This document shows positions 49,795-59,809 of a stretch of 64,000 nucleotides of DNA, piece after piece. Within the stretch, counting starts at the first letter, position 1, and each line of letters begins with the position of its first letter. Position numbers and translations under genes: made by a program. The stretch lies in IMG/VR virus record IMGVR_UViG_3300009503_000955. One strand, written 5' to 3'. The notes beneath the pieces were generated by a model that ran no database searches, was not told where the DNA came from, and saw only the letters and a list, made by a program, of their open reading frames with translations. The stretch is from an uncultured virus (IMG/VR IMGVR_UViG_3300009503_000955). Its lineage: Duplodnaviria; Heunggongvirae; Uroviricota; Caudoviricetes.

Positions 49795-52700
49795 ATGGTA
49801 AAAATAACTTCCTTAAAAAGTAATAGATTTGTTACAAATGAAATACAAATTTCTTGGGAAGTCAGTGGTACTGAATACGATTGGTATAGAATAGATTATA
49901 AATATGAAGGACAACAGAATTGGACAAATATTATAGATTATCTTGACAAAAGTACAAGAGAATATACATGGTATCCTCCAGCTACAGAAGGTAAAATATT
50001 TATAAAAGTAAGTGGTTTCATAAAAGGAAATAAACAAAATATACTTATTGTAGATGAGGATATTACTTTGCTTTTTGTTCCTGATAGAATTGATGAAACA
50101 TCTAATGTACTTTTAGGTAATTATAGTGTTTTATCTAATGAAAAAGGATTAACTTATGGTATCTATGATGAAAAGAATAAAAGTATCTTAGCAATAGCCA
50201 AAGATGAAAAAAGATATAAAATTAATGAAGATACTATTATATCTTTAACTAGTAAAGATGATATTATAAATGAATTTATAAGTAAAACAAAAAATAAAGA
50301 ATTCTCTTTTATACCACCACTAGAATTAGAATATAATCCTACTTACCTTTCTTTTATAGACAATTCTGGAATAGAATTTCATAGAATTGATTTTGATAAA
50401 TGTTATTGGGATAATCCACCAGATGAAGTAAAGAAACTTTCTAATCAATTCATAATAAAAAGTATAGATAAAGTAAAAGATAATAATTTACTTGTTTCAT
50501 TTCATACTAAAGATAATTTTCATTCAGTAACTACAGATAAAAATGGTAAATATGAAACACCTTATGTTTTTATACCTGGGAAAGTAAATATATCATTAGG
50601 TAAATTTATAGATAGTATTTCTTCTGATAATGTAAAGGATTTCTTATATTACTATTATGATACTTCTGAGGGAAGTTGGCAAGGTATAAAAGAAACAGAT
50701 GCTCAGCTTTATTTCAATCCGAAAGATTATTATAGTGGTGTTTGTATAGAAGATAAAGATTTGAAAGTAGATTTCGTTTTACATAAAGAAAGTAAAAAAT
50801 TTAATGTTGATTATGGAAACATTATAGTTAAAACTTTAAGAAGAGCTACTAGAGATTGTTTAAGTGGAGTTCCTGTATTTGTTAATGATTACTTTTCGAA
50901 TACAAATGTGTTAGGTATATCTACTTTTGAAGTTCCAGTTGGTAATTATAATGTATCTATACTTTCTAGTGGTTTAGGTTATGAAAGATGGCAATTTGTT
51001 CCTGCAACTAGTTCTATTACTGTAGAAAGTGGACAAACTGTTGAAGTCTTGTCTTATGGTGAACCTTATTATTCTATCTCTGGTAAAGTAGAAAATCAGT
51101 ATGGAAATTCTTTACCAGAATCAGTAACTATTGAAATTAAAGATAATTGGACATCTGAAGTATCTTATGTAGGAACTGATCATATTTATAATACTGGATA
51201 TAAATTTTCAAATGGTGAATATACTATTTCTTGTTTATATAAACCATCTTATCCTACAAGTTATTCTATTCGTATAGAAGATTCTGATGTTTCAGATATA
51301 AATTTTGTAGTACCTACATGTAGAGTAAGTGGAATAGTTTTTGAATTAGATGGAAATGGAATTGAAAAAGCAGATGTAAATGTATATAAAGGGCATATAG
51401 ATGAACCAAAAGTATCTTATGAAAAAGATAAAATGATAGTAGATAGAGGTTCTCCATTTTATACTGTTAAAACAAATAGTTCTGGTATATTTTTTGCTGA
51501 TTTATTTGCAGGCGATTATACTTTAAGAGCAACAAAAAGAGATTATAATTTAAATAACATTATAGAATGGATAAAAGAATTGTTAGGTCTTACTGAAGAA
51601 TCTGAACTTATTATGCTTTTGAGAATGTATTTAGAAGAAGCTAGTGAGGAAGAACAACAGCAATTAGCAAAAGAAATAGTAGAAATATTAGAAGAATATG
51701 GATTAGGTTCAGAAATTGTAGGTACTTTATCATTAGGAGAAGGATTAGTAGATTACTACTTTCAACCGACACAAAGATATATTACTTTATCTAATAAAGA
51801 TATAGGTAGTCAAGATTTCTTTAGAGAGAAAACTTATTCAATTACTGGTAAATTTATAGATGGATATGATTATAATAATGGTGTATCTGGAGTAGATTTT
51901 GTAGTATTAACTAACAATGAAAGACTTTTATATACACAATCATATTATAGAATTAATGGTGTAAAGTTTTTTGATAATAAGTATGGCATAGTTGGAGAGA
52001 CAAAATCTAATCCTTCTGGAAATTATTATTTGACGAATTTGCTTCCAGCAAATTACATAATTGCTCCTTTAAAAATTAAAGAAGAATTAGTTTATAATAA
52101 AGAAAAAGACGAATGGGAGTGGAATCCTATTTACGATACTTTTGATTCAAAAAGAAGTGCATTTAATTATGGATATATATTTGAACCAGAGTTTCAAGCA
52201 AGTAGAATAACTAATGCAAGTAAAAGTGGTATTAACTTTTATGGATATACTGGTATAATTAGTGGTATAGTTTTAGATGTTAGTGGTGTAGGTATTCCTG
52301 GTGTAAAGATAGAAGCTATTGGTGGTGAATATATAGAAGAATGGATAGAAGATGAAGAAAGTGAAGAAGGTGGATATTGGGTAAAAGTTGCAAAACAAGT
52401 ATATACTGATACTAATGGTGTAGGTATATTTACATTACAGAAACCTGATGAGTTGTATCAATTACATTTCTTTAAACAAACAAAATATAATGACTTCTAC
52501 TATTATTCTCCTAATGATGTAAAGAAAAGAACAAAAATAAATAATCCTAATTTTATATGTTATACAACTGGCATAGAATTTACTCATAATTTTATAACTG
52601 GTAAAGTTGTTGATATATCTGGTATTCCAATTCAAACTGAAGTAATAGCTACTGATGGTCCTGAAGAAAATATAAATATAGTATTAGATGAAAAATCTAA

Positions 52701-53988
52701 GAAAAACTACTACTTTTCAGGTGTAGTAGATGAAAATGGATTTTATACTATAGAAACTAAACTACCTGGAAGTTATAATATATATCCACGTTCTTACGGA
52801 TATAAGTATACTCCTACAAATTATATAATTTCTAATATAGATACGGATAATAAGTCAGGATTGGATTTCATAGCAGAAGTAATTACAACAGAAGAAGGAC
52901 AAATTACAAGTGGAATTGCTCCTGAATATGATTTAAGTTATTTTATTACTGGAAAAGTATATGATGTATGGAATAAGGAAGGTATAAGTGGTATTATTAT
53001 AACTGCAGTGCAAAAAGAGGATACTAGTAAGATATTTACTACGGAAACAGAAAGTGGAGGAACATTTAAATTAGAACCAGATGAAAGAGGAATTTATTAT
53101 GTATATTCTGATGATAAAAATAAATCTTATTTAATATATCCAAAAGTTCCATATGTAGTAAATCTTTATGTAAATCATAAAAGTGGAATTGACTTTGGTT
53201 TAATTAAAAAACATAAAATTTATGGTGAAGTAAAATATGATAATAATGAACCTATTGCAGATTTACCTATATTATTTAATCAAGCTTATTCAAAAGTTAG
53301 TATAATAGATAGAAGTGGAATAGAATTATTTTCTTATGATAAAGATTTGTATAAACCAATTGCAAAAAAATATTCGTTTGTTGAAGATAGTATAGTAATT
53401 GCAAATGAAGGAAAGCATAATTTATTTATTTTATCTGGTAATGATATAGTATGGTCAGTTGGCGATTTTACTTCAGGAAATAGTATTCCTGGTAGGCCTG
53501 ATTTTAATAACATAAACTATCCAGTAGACTTAGAAGTATATTATAATAAAGATATGAAAGTTTTAAACTATATTACAAAAAGTGGTATTACTATTAATTT
53601 AGATAATAATAAAAAAGATATTTTTGTTTATGATAATAATAAACTAATATTTGATAAATATTCATTATCAATGTTGTTTTATAATAAAAACTTTACTGTA
53701 TATTCTGATACATCTGATATATTTAACGATTATATAATACCTGATGAAAATAATGCAAGAGTTGAACCGACTTTAGTAGGAAATAAGTTTATGGGTAGAA
53801 CTAATGAAAATAAAGTTTTTGATATTCCTATGCTAGATAATAAGAAAATGGTATGTTTTGATATACATGATTATACTGATACGATAGAAGATGAAGATAT
53901 AGGTAGTTTAGATTTAAAAGATTTTACATTTATTTTAAGAAATAAATATAGATTTGTAAAAGATAAAGATGATTTTGTATTAGAATAA
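49795..53988 (+). CDS. Large virion-like protein with FN3-like N-terminus and repeated carboxypeptidase-regulatory/prealbumin-like beta domains
   Basis: Repeated I(S/T)GxV..GxxI..T...GxY..GxYxI..F units over 1397 aa. Confidence 0.7.
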   Translation: MVKITSLKSNRFVTNEIQISWEVSGTEYDWYRIDYKYEGQQNWTNIIDYLDKSTREYTWYPPATEGKIFIKVSGFIKGNKQNILIVDEDITLLFVPDRIDETSNVLLGNYSVLSNEKGLTYGIYDEKNKSILAIAKDEKRYKINEDTIISLTSKDDIINEFISKTKNKEFSFIPPLELEYNPTYLSFIDNSGIEFHRIDFDKCYWDNPPDEVKKLSNQFIIKSIDKVKDNNLLVSFHTKDNFHSVTTDKNGKYETPYVFIPGKVNISLGKFIDSISSDNVKDFLYYYYDTSEGSWQGIKETDAQLYFNPKDYYSGVCIEDKDLKVDFVLHKESKKFNVDYGNIIVKTLRRATRDCLSGVPVFVNDYFSNTNVLGISTFEVPVGNYNVSILSSGLGYERWQFVPATSSITVESGQTVEVLSYGEPYYSISGKVENQYGNSLPESVTIEIKDNWTSEVSYVGTDHIYNTGYKFSNGEYTISCLYKPSYPTSYSIRIEDSDVSDINFVVPTCRVSGIVFELDGNGIEKADVNVYKGHIDEPKVSYEKDKMIVDRGSPFYTVKTNSSGIFFADLFAGDYTLRATKRDYNLNNIIEWIKELLGLTEESELIMLLRMYLEEASEEEQQQLAKEIVEILEEYGLGSEIVGTLSLGEGLVDYYFQPTQRYITLSNKDIGSQDFFREKTYSITGKFIDGYDYNNGVSGVDFVVLTNNERLLYTQSYYRINGVKFFDNKYGIVGETKSNPSGNYYLTNLLPANYIIAPLKIKEELVYNKEKDEWEWNPIYDTFDSKRSAFNYGYIFEPEFQASRITNASKSGINFYGYTGIISGIVLDVSGVGIPGVKIEAIGGEYIEEWIEDEESEEGGYWVKVAKQVYTDTNGVGIFTLQKPDELYQLHFFKQTKYNDFYYYSPNDVKKRTKINNPNFICYTTGIEFTHNFITGKVVDISGIPIQTEVIATDGPEENINIVLDEKSKKNYYFSGVVDENGFYTIETKLPGSYNIYPRSYGYKYTPTNYIISNIDTDNKSGLDFIAEVITTEEGQITSGIAPEYDLSYFITGKVYDVWNKEGISGIIITAVQKEDTSKIFTTETESGGTFKLEPDERGIYYVYSDDKNKSYLIYPKVPYVVNLYVNHKSGIDFGLIKKHKIYGEVKYDNNEPIADLPILFNQAYSKVSIIDRSGIELFSYDKDLYKPIAKKYSFVEDSIVIANEGKHNLFILSGNDIVWSVGDFTSGNSIPGRPDFNNINYPVDLEVYYNKDMKVLNYITKSGITINLDNNKKDIFVYDNNKLIFDKYSLSMLFYNKNFTVYSDTSDIFNDYIIPDENNARVEPTLVGNKFMGRTNENKVFDIPMLDNKKMVCFDIHDYTDTIEDEDIGSLDLKDFTFILRNKYRFVKDKDDFVLE

Positions 53989-54014
53989 AAAAGCGAAAAC
54001 AGAAAAATATAAAA

Positions 54015-54796
54015 ATGGATGATTTATCTATTTTTTCTTCTTGCGAAGTAAAAACAGAAAACTATAAATCGTATGACAGAATGGCTGTTAAATTAGTTTC
54101 ATCATTGAGAATCAATGGTGGTATTTATAAAAATTCTCCTATAATTTTAGGGTATAATGTTAATAGAAAACCTTCAGATGATATTATTTCTCAGCTAACT
54201 GCTTATGGTTGTAAAATAGTTCAAATTAATTACACATTAAATAATCTTAGTATAAAACCAGAAATTTTATGCTTACCTTCTGATACAAAATACAAGATGT
54301 GGTTAGATACAGATATTTATATAATGTCTGACTTCTCAGATTTAATAGAAGAAATGAAAAGAAATGACTATGATATTGCTGTTGCTCCAACGACTTTTTC
54401 TCATCACAAATGGGCTAGAAAAGAAGATACTCAGGCTTTGAAAGATATATATAATAGTTTTAGTATTTCTCTACCTGAAAAAAGATTGTTTGTCACGTAG
54501 ACGGAAAGGAGGGAAATTTTTATTTTTGTTCCGGTATTATTTTAGTAAAATCTAATATTGGCTTTGAAAATGTATATAAAGAATGTTATAACGAACTTTG
54601 TAAGAAATTTGAAATACTTGCTCCAGATCAAGTATCTTTATCTATTGCTATAGCAAAGTTGAAATTGAAAGTATTTGTATTGCCAGAAAAGTATCATTAC
54701 GTTGTAGCAGCTCGTAATCATAAAATAGACAATAATCCAGTAATTGTTCATTATCAGGATAATGATATAGAAAAAATTTTACAAAACAACAAATAA
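54015..54796 (+). pseudogene. GT-A (GT8-like) glycosyltransferase split by a -1 frameshift at the A6 run 54478-54483
   Basis: The 5' part has WLDTD (DxD). The -1 frame (54479-54796) encodes FYFCSGII, PDQVSL and VIVHY, the expected C-terminal motifs. Confidence 0.8.
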
Positions 54797-54835
54797 ATAG
54801 TAAAAAATTATATTATCTTGTCTAAAGGAGGAAAA

Positions 54836-55504
54836 ATGAGAACAGATAAGTGGCAAATGTATATAGATATTTTACAAGGACATCCTTCTGTTTGTAAATC
54901 TTTTCATACTATAGATAGTATGAAATTTATAACAAAGCTTATTCCACCAAGTGAGTTTCCTAAAATGTTAGATATTGGAGTTGGGGAAGGATTAGAAACT
55001 AAGATTTTAAAAGATTTGGGATATAATGTTATAGGAGTAATAAAAGGAGAAGTAAATCTTAATTTTGCTAGAAAGAACTATCCTGGTATAGAATTTATTG
55101 AATGTGATATGCATGATTTACCATTTCCTTCAGAAACATTTAATGCTATTTATACAAATCATGTTTTTGAACATTCTTATGCTCCTTTTATTTTTTTATT
55201 AGAAATGTATTGTGTATTAAAACCTAAAGGAAGAATATGGATAGGTTTACCTGAATTTAAAGAAAAAAATGATCCAACAGCTAATCCTGATATAAATTTA
55301 GTTAATCATCATCATCCTAATATTCTTTGTAGTAATTTATATAGTTTATATTTTCAGAAATCTGGATTTAAAATTGTAAATCAAGGTTCAGTAAAAGGGA
55401 ATTCTTATTTTGATAATGCTTTTTTACTAGAGAAACAACCATTAGAGTTTGTGCATTCAGACGTGCAAACAGTAATTAAAAAAAGAAAAGAGTTATTTGG
55501 ATAG
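54836..55504 (+). CDS. Class I SAM-dependent methyltransferase (small-molecule/sugar type)
   Basis: MLDIGVGEG, CDMHDLPF, HVFEH and LKPKG. AGGAGG favours ATG 54836. Confidence 0.9.
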   Translation: MRTDKWQMYIDILQGHPSVCKSFHTIDSMKFITKLIPPSEFPKMLDIGVGEGLETKILKDLGYNVIGVIKGEVNLNFARKNYPGIEFIECDMHDLPFPSETFNAIYTNHVFEHSYAPFIFLLEMYCVLKPKGRIWIGLPEFKEKNDPTANPDINLVNHHHPNILCSNLYSLYFQKSGFKIVNQGSVKGNSYFDNAFLLEKQPLEFVHSDVQTVIKKRKELFG

Positions 55505-55513
55505 GAGGAGGAA

Positions 55514-56242
55514 ATGGATATATCTGTTATTGTAACTAATTGGAATAGACAACATTTTCTTTATGATATTGCTAAACAAATGAATGAACAAAAATTTCCA
55601 AAAGATAGATATGAAGTTATTTTTGTAGATGATGATAGTGTTGAAAAAGATGAAGTTTATTCTATATTTAAGAAAATACGAGAAAGTTATCCAAAGATGA
55701 ATTTAAAATTTATAGAAACTCACTTTTGTAAAACACAAAATCCTGCTTTTAGATATAATGTTGGAGTTCGACATGCTTGTGGTAAAATAATTATACTTAA
55801 TGAATCAGATGTTCTTCAACAAGGAGAATATCTTTCTAATGTCTATGAATATCTTTCAAAAGATCCAAATTTATATTTGAGCCCTACAGTTTATCATGTA
55901 AAAGAATCCGGTGAAGTAGAATTTGAAAATTTGAGATTTGAAACAGATTTAGGCTCAGCTTTGATGCGGGTTCATTTTGAAAAAGTACATGGATATGATG
56001 AGAATGTTTCCGGTTGGGGAGGAATAGAAGGAGATTTTATAAATCGTGTAAAAATGCATTGTAATCTTCGTTTATATCCACGAGCAAAAGGCCTTGTTGT
56101 TTATCATCATGGATGGACTTTTAAAGCTAAGCCTTATTTTGCAAAAATGATAGCTGGGCCTGGATCTGGCCCTAGAAATTGGGGCCCACCAAAAAGTAAT
56201 TCTTGGGGACTTTCAGATAAAGTAGAAGTTCTTTCAATATAA
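55514..56242 (+). CDS. Glycosyltransferase family 2 (with GT7C-like C-terminal motif)
   Basis: ISVIVTNWNR, EVIFVDDDS, NVGVRHACG and GYDE...WGGIEGDF..R. Confidence 0.9.
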   Translation: MDISVIVTNWNRQHFLYDIAKQMNEQKFPKDRYEVIFVDDDSVEKDEVYSIFKKIRESYPKMNLKFIETHFCKTQNPAFRYNVGVRHACGKIIILNESDVLQQGEYLSNVYEYLSKDPNLYLSPTVYHVKESGEVEFENLRFETDLGSALMRVHFEKVHGYDENVSGWGGIEGDFINRVKMHCNLRLYPRAKGLVVYHHGWTFKAKPYFAKMIAGPGSGPRNWGPPKSNSWGLSDKVEVLSI

Positions 56243-56259
56243 TAAATATAGGAGGATTT

Positions 56260-56793
56260 ATGCCAGCACCAAATGTTTGGGAAGTAGTAGAAAGTATTTT
56301 ACCACAAGGAAAGAAAAAGGTTATTGATATTGGTTGTGGAGAACAGTTAGCAATAGGACATATATGGAAGTTTAGTGATTACGAAATACATAGATGCGAT
56401 ATAAAAGATTTTAAAAATGTTCCAAATTTCAAAGTATGTGATTTAAATCAAAAGTTTCCTTATGCAGATAATGAATTTGATGGTGTTGTAGCTGTAGAAG
56501 TATTAGAGCATCTTGAAAATCCTAGACATGTAATTAGAGAATTTAAACGAATATCAAAAGAATTTATTGTAATAACTACTCCAAACTGTTGCTCTCCTGA
56601 GAGTAAAGATATTTTTAATAAAACAGGTTTCTTTAAGTACTTTGATATATATAAACCTTATGGACATATTACACCAATATTTCCTTGGATGATACATCAA
56701 ATTTGTGAAGAATTAAATTTAAAAATAAAGATTGAAACATTTAATAATCCAAAAACACAAGAAATATATATAGTTTATATTGAAAGGAGATAA
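56260..56793 (+). CDS. Class I SAM-dependent methyltransferase
   Basis: VIDIGCG, CDLN..FPY and EVLEHLENP. Confidence 0.9.
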   Translation: MPAPNVWEVVESILPQGKKKVIDIGCGEQLAIGHIWKFSDYEIHRCDIKDFKNVPNFKVCDLNQKFPYADNEFDGVVAVEVLEHLENPRHVIREFKRISKEFIVITTPNCCSPESKDIFNKTGFFKYFDIYKPYGHITPIFPWMIHQICEELNLKIKIETFNNPKTQEIYIVYIERR

Positions 56794-56795
56794 TA

Positions 56796-57064
56796 ATGAT
56801 TAACAAATTTGGAGATGGAATTAGTTGGGAAGCACATATAGAAGAAATAATACAAAAAAAGAATATCTTTCACAAAAAGGCATATTTTTTATGACAGAAA
56901 GTACTGTATCTATTGCTACTGCTATTCAAATGACTTATCAAAGATGGATAGATTTAGTTGAAAATTATGGATTTAAATTTTTAGAAAGTTGGCATGAAAA
57001 TGAGTTAGGATTACACGATCATTATCTTTTTCAAAAGTTTTTATTATTAAAAAATAAGGAATAA
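56796..57064 (+). pseudogene. Probable methyltransferase remnant in two frames
   Basis: SD plus ATG 56796 gives a 32-aa ORF. A AAA AAG at 56855-56861 links to a -1 frame resembling an MTase C-terminus (LSQKGIFFMTE..YGF). Confidence 0.4.
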
Positions 57065-57066
57065 AA

Positions 57067-57651
57067 ATGAAAGATTGGAGTTGGGAAAGAGATGATTTTG
57101 ATTCCAATGGTAAATTAATTCTTCTTTATAGACACCAAAGAATTATTACAGAAGGTTTAGTGAAAAAGGGAGATATTGTTTTAGATGTGGGGGGTTGGGG
57201 TAAGTTAGCTTATAGACTTTTTCAAGAAGGATGTTGTGTAACTTTAGTGAATAATGATAAGAACAAATGTGAAGAAATTAAATTAAAGTATCCAAATACC
57301 TTTAAAGTAATTTGTGGAGATGTAAGAAAGCTATCTTCTTTTATTAATTATACTTTTGATGTAGTAACCTGTTTTGAAACTTTAGAACATATTATTGAAG
57401 GTAGAAAACAAGCAATACAAGAAATTTTTTGTGTATTAAAACCAAATGGAGTTTTTGTAGGAACAGTACCAATACCTGGATACTGTCATCCAATAGACGA
57501 TCCTACAATATCTTTTTGTTATCCAGAAGAGTTAGAAGAATTGGTAAGACCTTATGTTTCTGAATTTAAGATTGAAAAGACTGCTTCTGTTAATCCTACT
57601 GGTGATTTATGTTGCTGGTATTTTTATGGAAGAAAATATAAAGCAAAGTAG
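57067..57651 (+). CDS. Class I SAM-dependent methyltransferase
   Basis: VLDVGG, FDVVTCFETLEHI and LKPNG. Confidence 0.9.
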   Translation: MKDWSWERDDFDSNGKLILLYRHQRIITEGLVKKGDIVLDVGGWGKLAYRLFQEGCCVTLVNNDKNKCEEIKLKYPNTFKVICGDVRKLSSFINYTFDVVTCFETLEHIIEGRKQAIQEIFCVLKPNGVFVGTVPIPGYCHPIDDPTISFCYPEELEELVRPYVSEFKIEKTASVNPTGDLCCWYFYGRKYKAK

Positions 57652-57707
57652 ATTGTCAAAGTTTTTTACAAAAGCTAGTTTTGACTGCGTTAAAATAGGA
57701 AATAAAA

Positions 57708-59699
57708 ATGGGATGGAGTAAATGGGAAACTTGTTGGAAAGGAGATGAAAAAAACCCTACTGGTGTTATACCAAAAGAATTATTACCTTGTGATTATTAT
57801 CAATATAGGTATGCTATACGAACGGAAATTGATCTTTCTAGTCTTGAAGGAAATGTATATAAAGAATTTACTGGAATATTGACAAATCATATTGGAAAAT
57901 CATATAAAGAAACTATATACCCTACATTTTTATTCGTTTATGTACCTTATCCATTAATACCTTTTCCTTATTCAACTTTGTTTTATTTTACACTTCAATA
58001 TTTAGATTATAAAGAAAAAAGAATTTTTTACAAATGGTTAGAATTAAATAACTTAGAAGAAGCATTAAAAGATAAAGTACAAAAAGAACAAACATTACTA
58101 TTCAATTTTAAAAAAAGTGAAGTAAAAATTGATAAAACTCCAAGTAATCTTTTTGTAGAATCACAAAATAATAAATTTTATATAGAATCTGATTTATTTA
58201 GCGCAACTGCAGGAAATCAAAATGTAGCAAAAGACTTATTAGAAGGAGAAGAAATTGAAATATTAAATGGAGATTATGTTGGTAAAAAATTTGAAATAAG
58301 GTCTAATGATGGTAAAGGCAAAGTATATTTTGATCCAAAAGACATAGATACTGGTGCTGAAATAGATTTTCAAAAACTTCCAGATGATACACAATTCAAA
58401 ATAAAACCAAAATATGCTTGGGTAGCTATAGGTGAAACAATCGGCGGAAAATTTAGTTGGTATGGTAATGAAAGGTATTCATTTGAAGGTGAAGCTGGAT
58501 TTGTATTTGAAACGCCTATTATGGGTCTTTTCTCATCTTTAACGGTTCCTTTTGTTGGTTTCTGGTATTCTAATATTATAAATACTATGTTAGCACCTGG
58601 AGACCAAGTTTGGATAGACCAACATAATTTAGGTATACCTGGACTAGGTCCAAAATATGCTTATTATGAAATTAGAACTACTGAAGCAGATAGACAGAGA
58701 GTATGTGGCATAAGAAAAAGAGATTGTTATGTTTATTTACTTTCTTATATAGATAACAAAGGTTATCTTAAAGTATTAGAAAAATCAATAGATGTTAATA
58801 CTCATTCATCTAAGACAAGAATAATAAATCTAGGTGGAAAAGAAGGTAAATATAGATTTCCAAATGTGTCACAATTTCCTTGGTTAGATTTATTTTTTGC
58901 TGTTCAAAATGAATTTAATACTTTTTTATATTTAGATTTTTCAAGATTAAACTTAGAAAAAACACCTGATTCAGCAGGATTAGAACCGTTGATTTTGAAA
59001 GATTTTATAGAACCGTTCTTTGTAGATATGGGAGACGAATTGGTTATGTTATGCAGAAAAAAAGATGAGTATATATATGCCTATAAAGTAAGTTTTACTA
59101 CGACAGAAGCGAAGAGTGTTATACCAGAAGGATATTGGCAATCTACAGAGAATTTAACATTATACGAATTATCTAATGTGAGTAAAATATTGGAAGAACA
59201 ATATTTTGAAGGAACACAAAGATTTTCACATGATTATAATATGTGGGGTGCTACCTATAGTAATAATAGTAATGAAGTTAGATTATGGTTTAAGTATGGA
59301 AATAGAATACAAGAATATAAAGCAAATAAAAGTTTTTCTATTATTTCTTACATAAGAACTATAAAAGGAATATTATCATTTTTTTGGGAAAAACAAGTTC
59401 CTAAAGGTATAGTAATGGTATATTCTTTTCCAGAAAATAAAAATCAATTATATTATGCATTTTTACCATATGATTTATCTATTTATGAAACAATTATTGA
59501 TGTAAATAAAAAAGATAAGATTGTAGTGAAAAAAAGCGAAAACGAAAAAGTAGAATATGATGTTGAAACTTTGCCTAAAGATATAAAACCTCCTATAGAT
59601 ATCATAAGTATAGAAGCTAGAAATGTAAGAGAACTTATTATTGCAAATAAAGATGGCTTTTGGAAAAGAGAAGCTGAGTGGGTTTGGAAAGAATTATGA
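57708..59699 (+). CDS. Large hypothetical, probably structural protein
   Basis: 663-aa beta-rich ORF. Its TGA stop overlaps promoter copy 4. Confidence 0.65.
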   Translation: MGWSKWETCWKGDEKNPTGVIPKELLPCDYYQYRYAIRTEIDLSSLEGNVYKEFTGILTNHIGKSYKETIYPTFLFVYVPYPLIPFPYSTLFYFTLQYLDYKEKRIFYKWLELNNLEEALKDKVQKEQTLLFNFKKSEVKIDKTPSNLFVESQNNKFYIESDLFSATAGNQNVAKDLLEGEEIEILNGDYVGKKFEIRSNDGKGKVYFDPKDIDTGAEIDFQKLPDDTQFKIKPKYAWVAIGETIGGKFSWYGNERYSFEGEAGFVFETPIMGLFSSLTVPFVGFWYSNIINTMLAPGDQVWIDQHNLGIPGLGPKYAYYEIRTTEADRQRVCGIRKRDCYVYLLSYIDNKGYLKVLEKSIDVNTHSSKTRIINLGGKEGKYRFPNVSQFPWLDLFFAVQNEFNTFLYLDFSRLNLEKTPDSAGLEPLILKDFIEPFFVDMGDELVMLCRKKDEYIYAYKVSFTTTEAKSVIPEGYWQSTENLTLYELSNVSKILEEQYFEGTQRFSHDYNMWGATYSNNSNEVRLWFKYGNRIQEYKANKSFSIISYIRTIKGILSFFWEKQVPKGIVMVYSFPENKNQLYYAFLPYDLSIYETIIDVNKKDKIVVKKSENEKVEYDVETLPKDIKPPIDIISIEARNVRELIIANKDGFWKREAEWVWKEL

Positions 59700-59793
59700 A
59701 ACTTTTTGCAACTTTGGAGCATCTAAATATATAGAAAGAAGAAAATGAAAATCTTGAAACTTTTTAGGTTCCAGGAGCATCTAAATATATAGA
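59698..59793 (+). promoter_or_regulatory. Tandem ECF-sigma-like promoter copies 4 (59698-59735) and 5 (59756-59793)
   Basis: 58-bp period, N8 spacers GCAACTTT and AGGTTCCA. Confidence 0.8.
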
Positions 59794-59809
59794 AAGAAGA
59801 AAATGAAAA

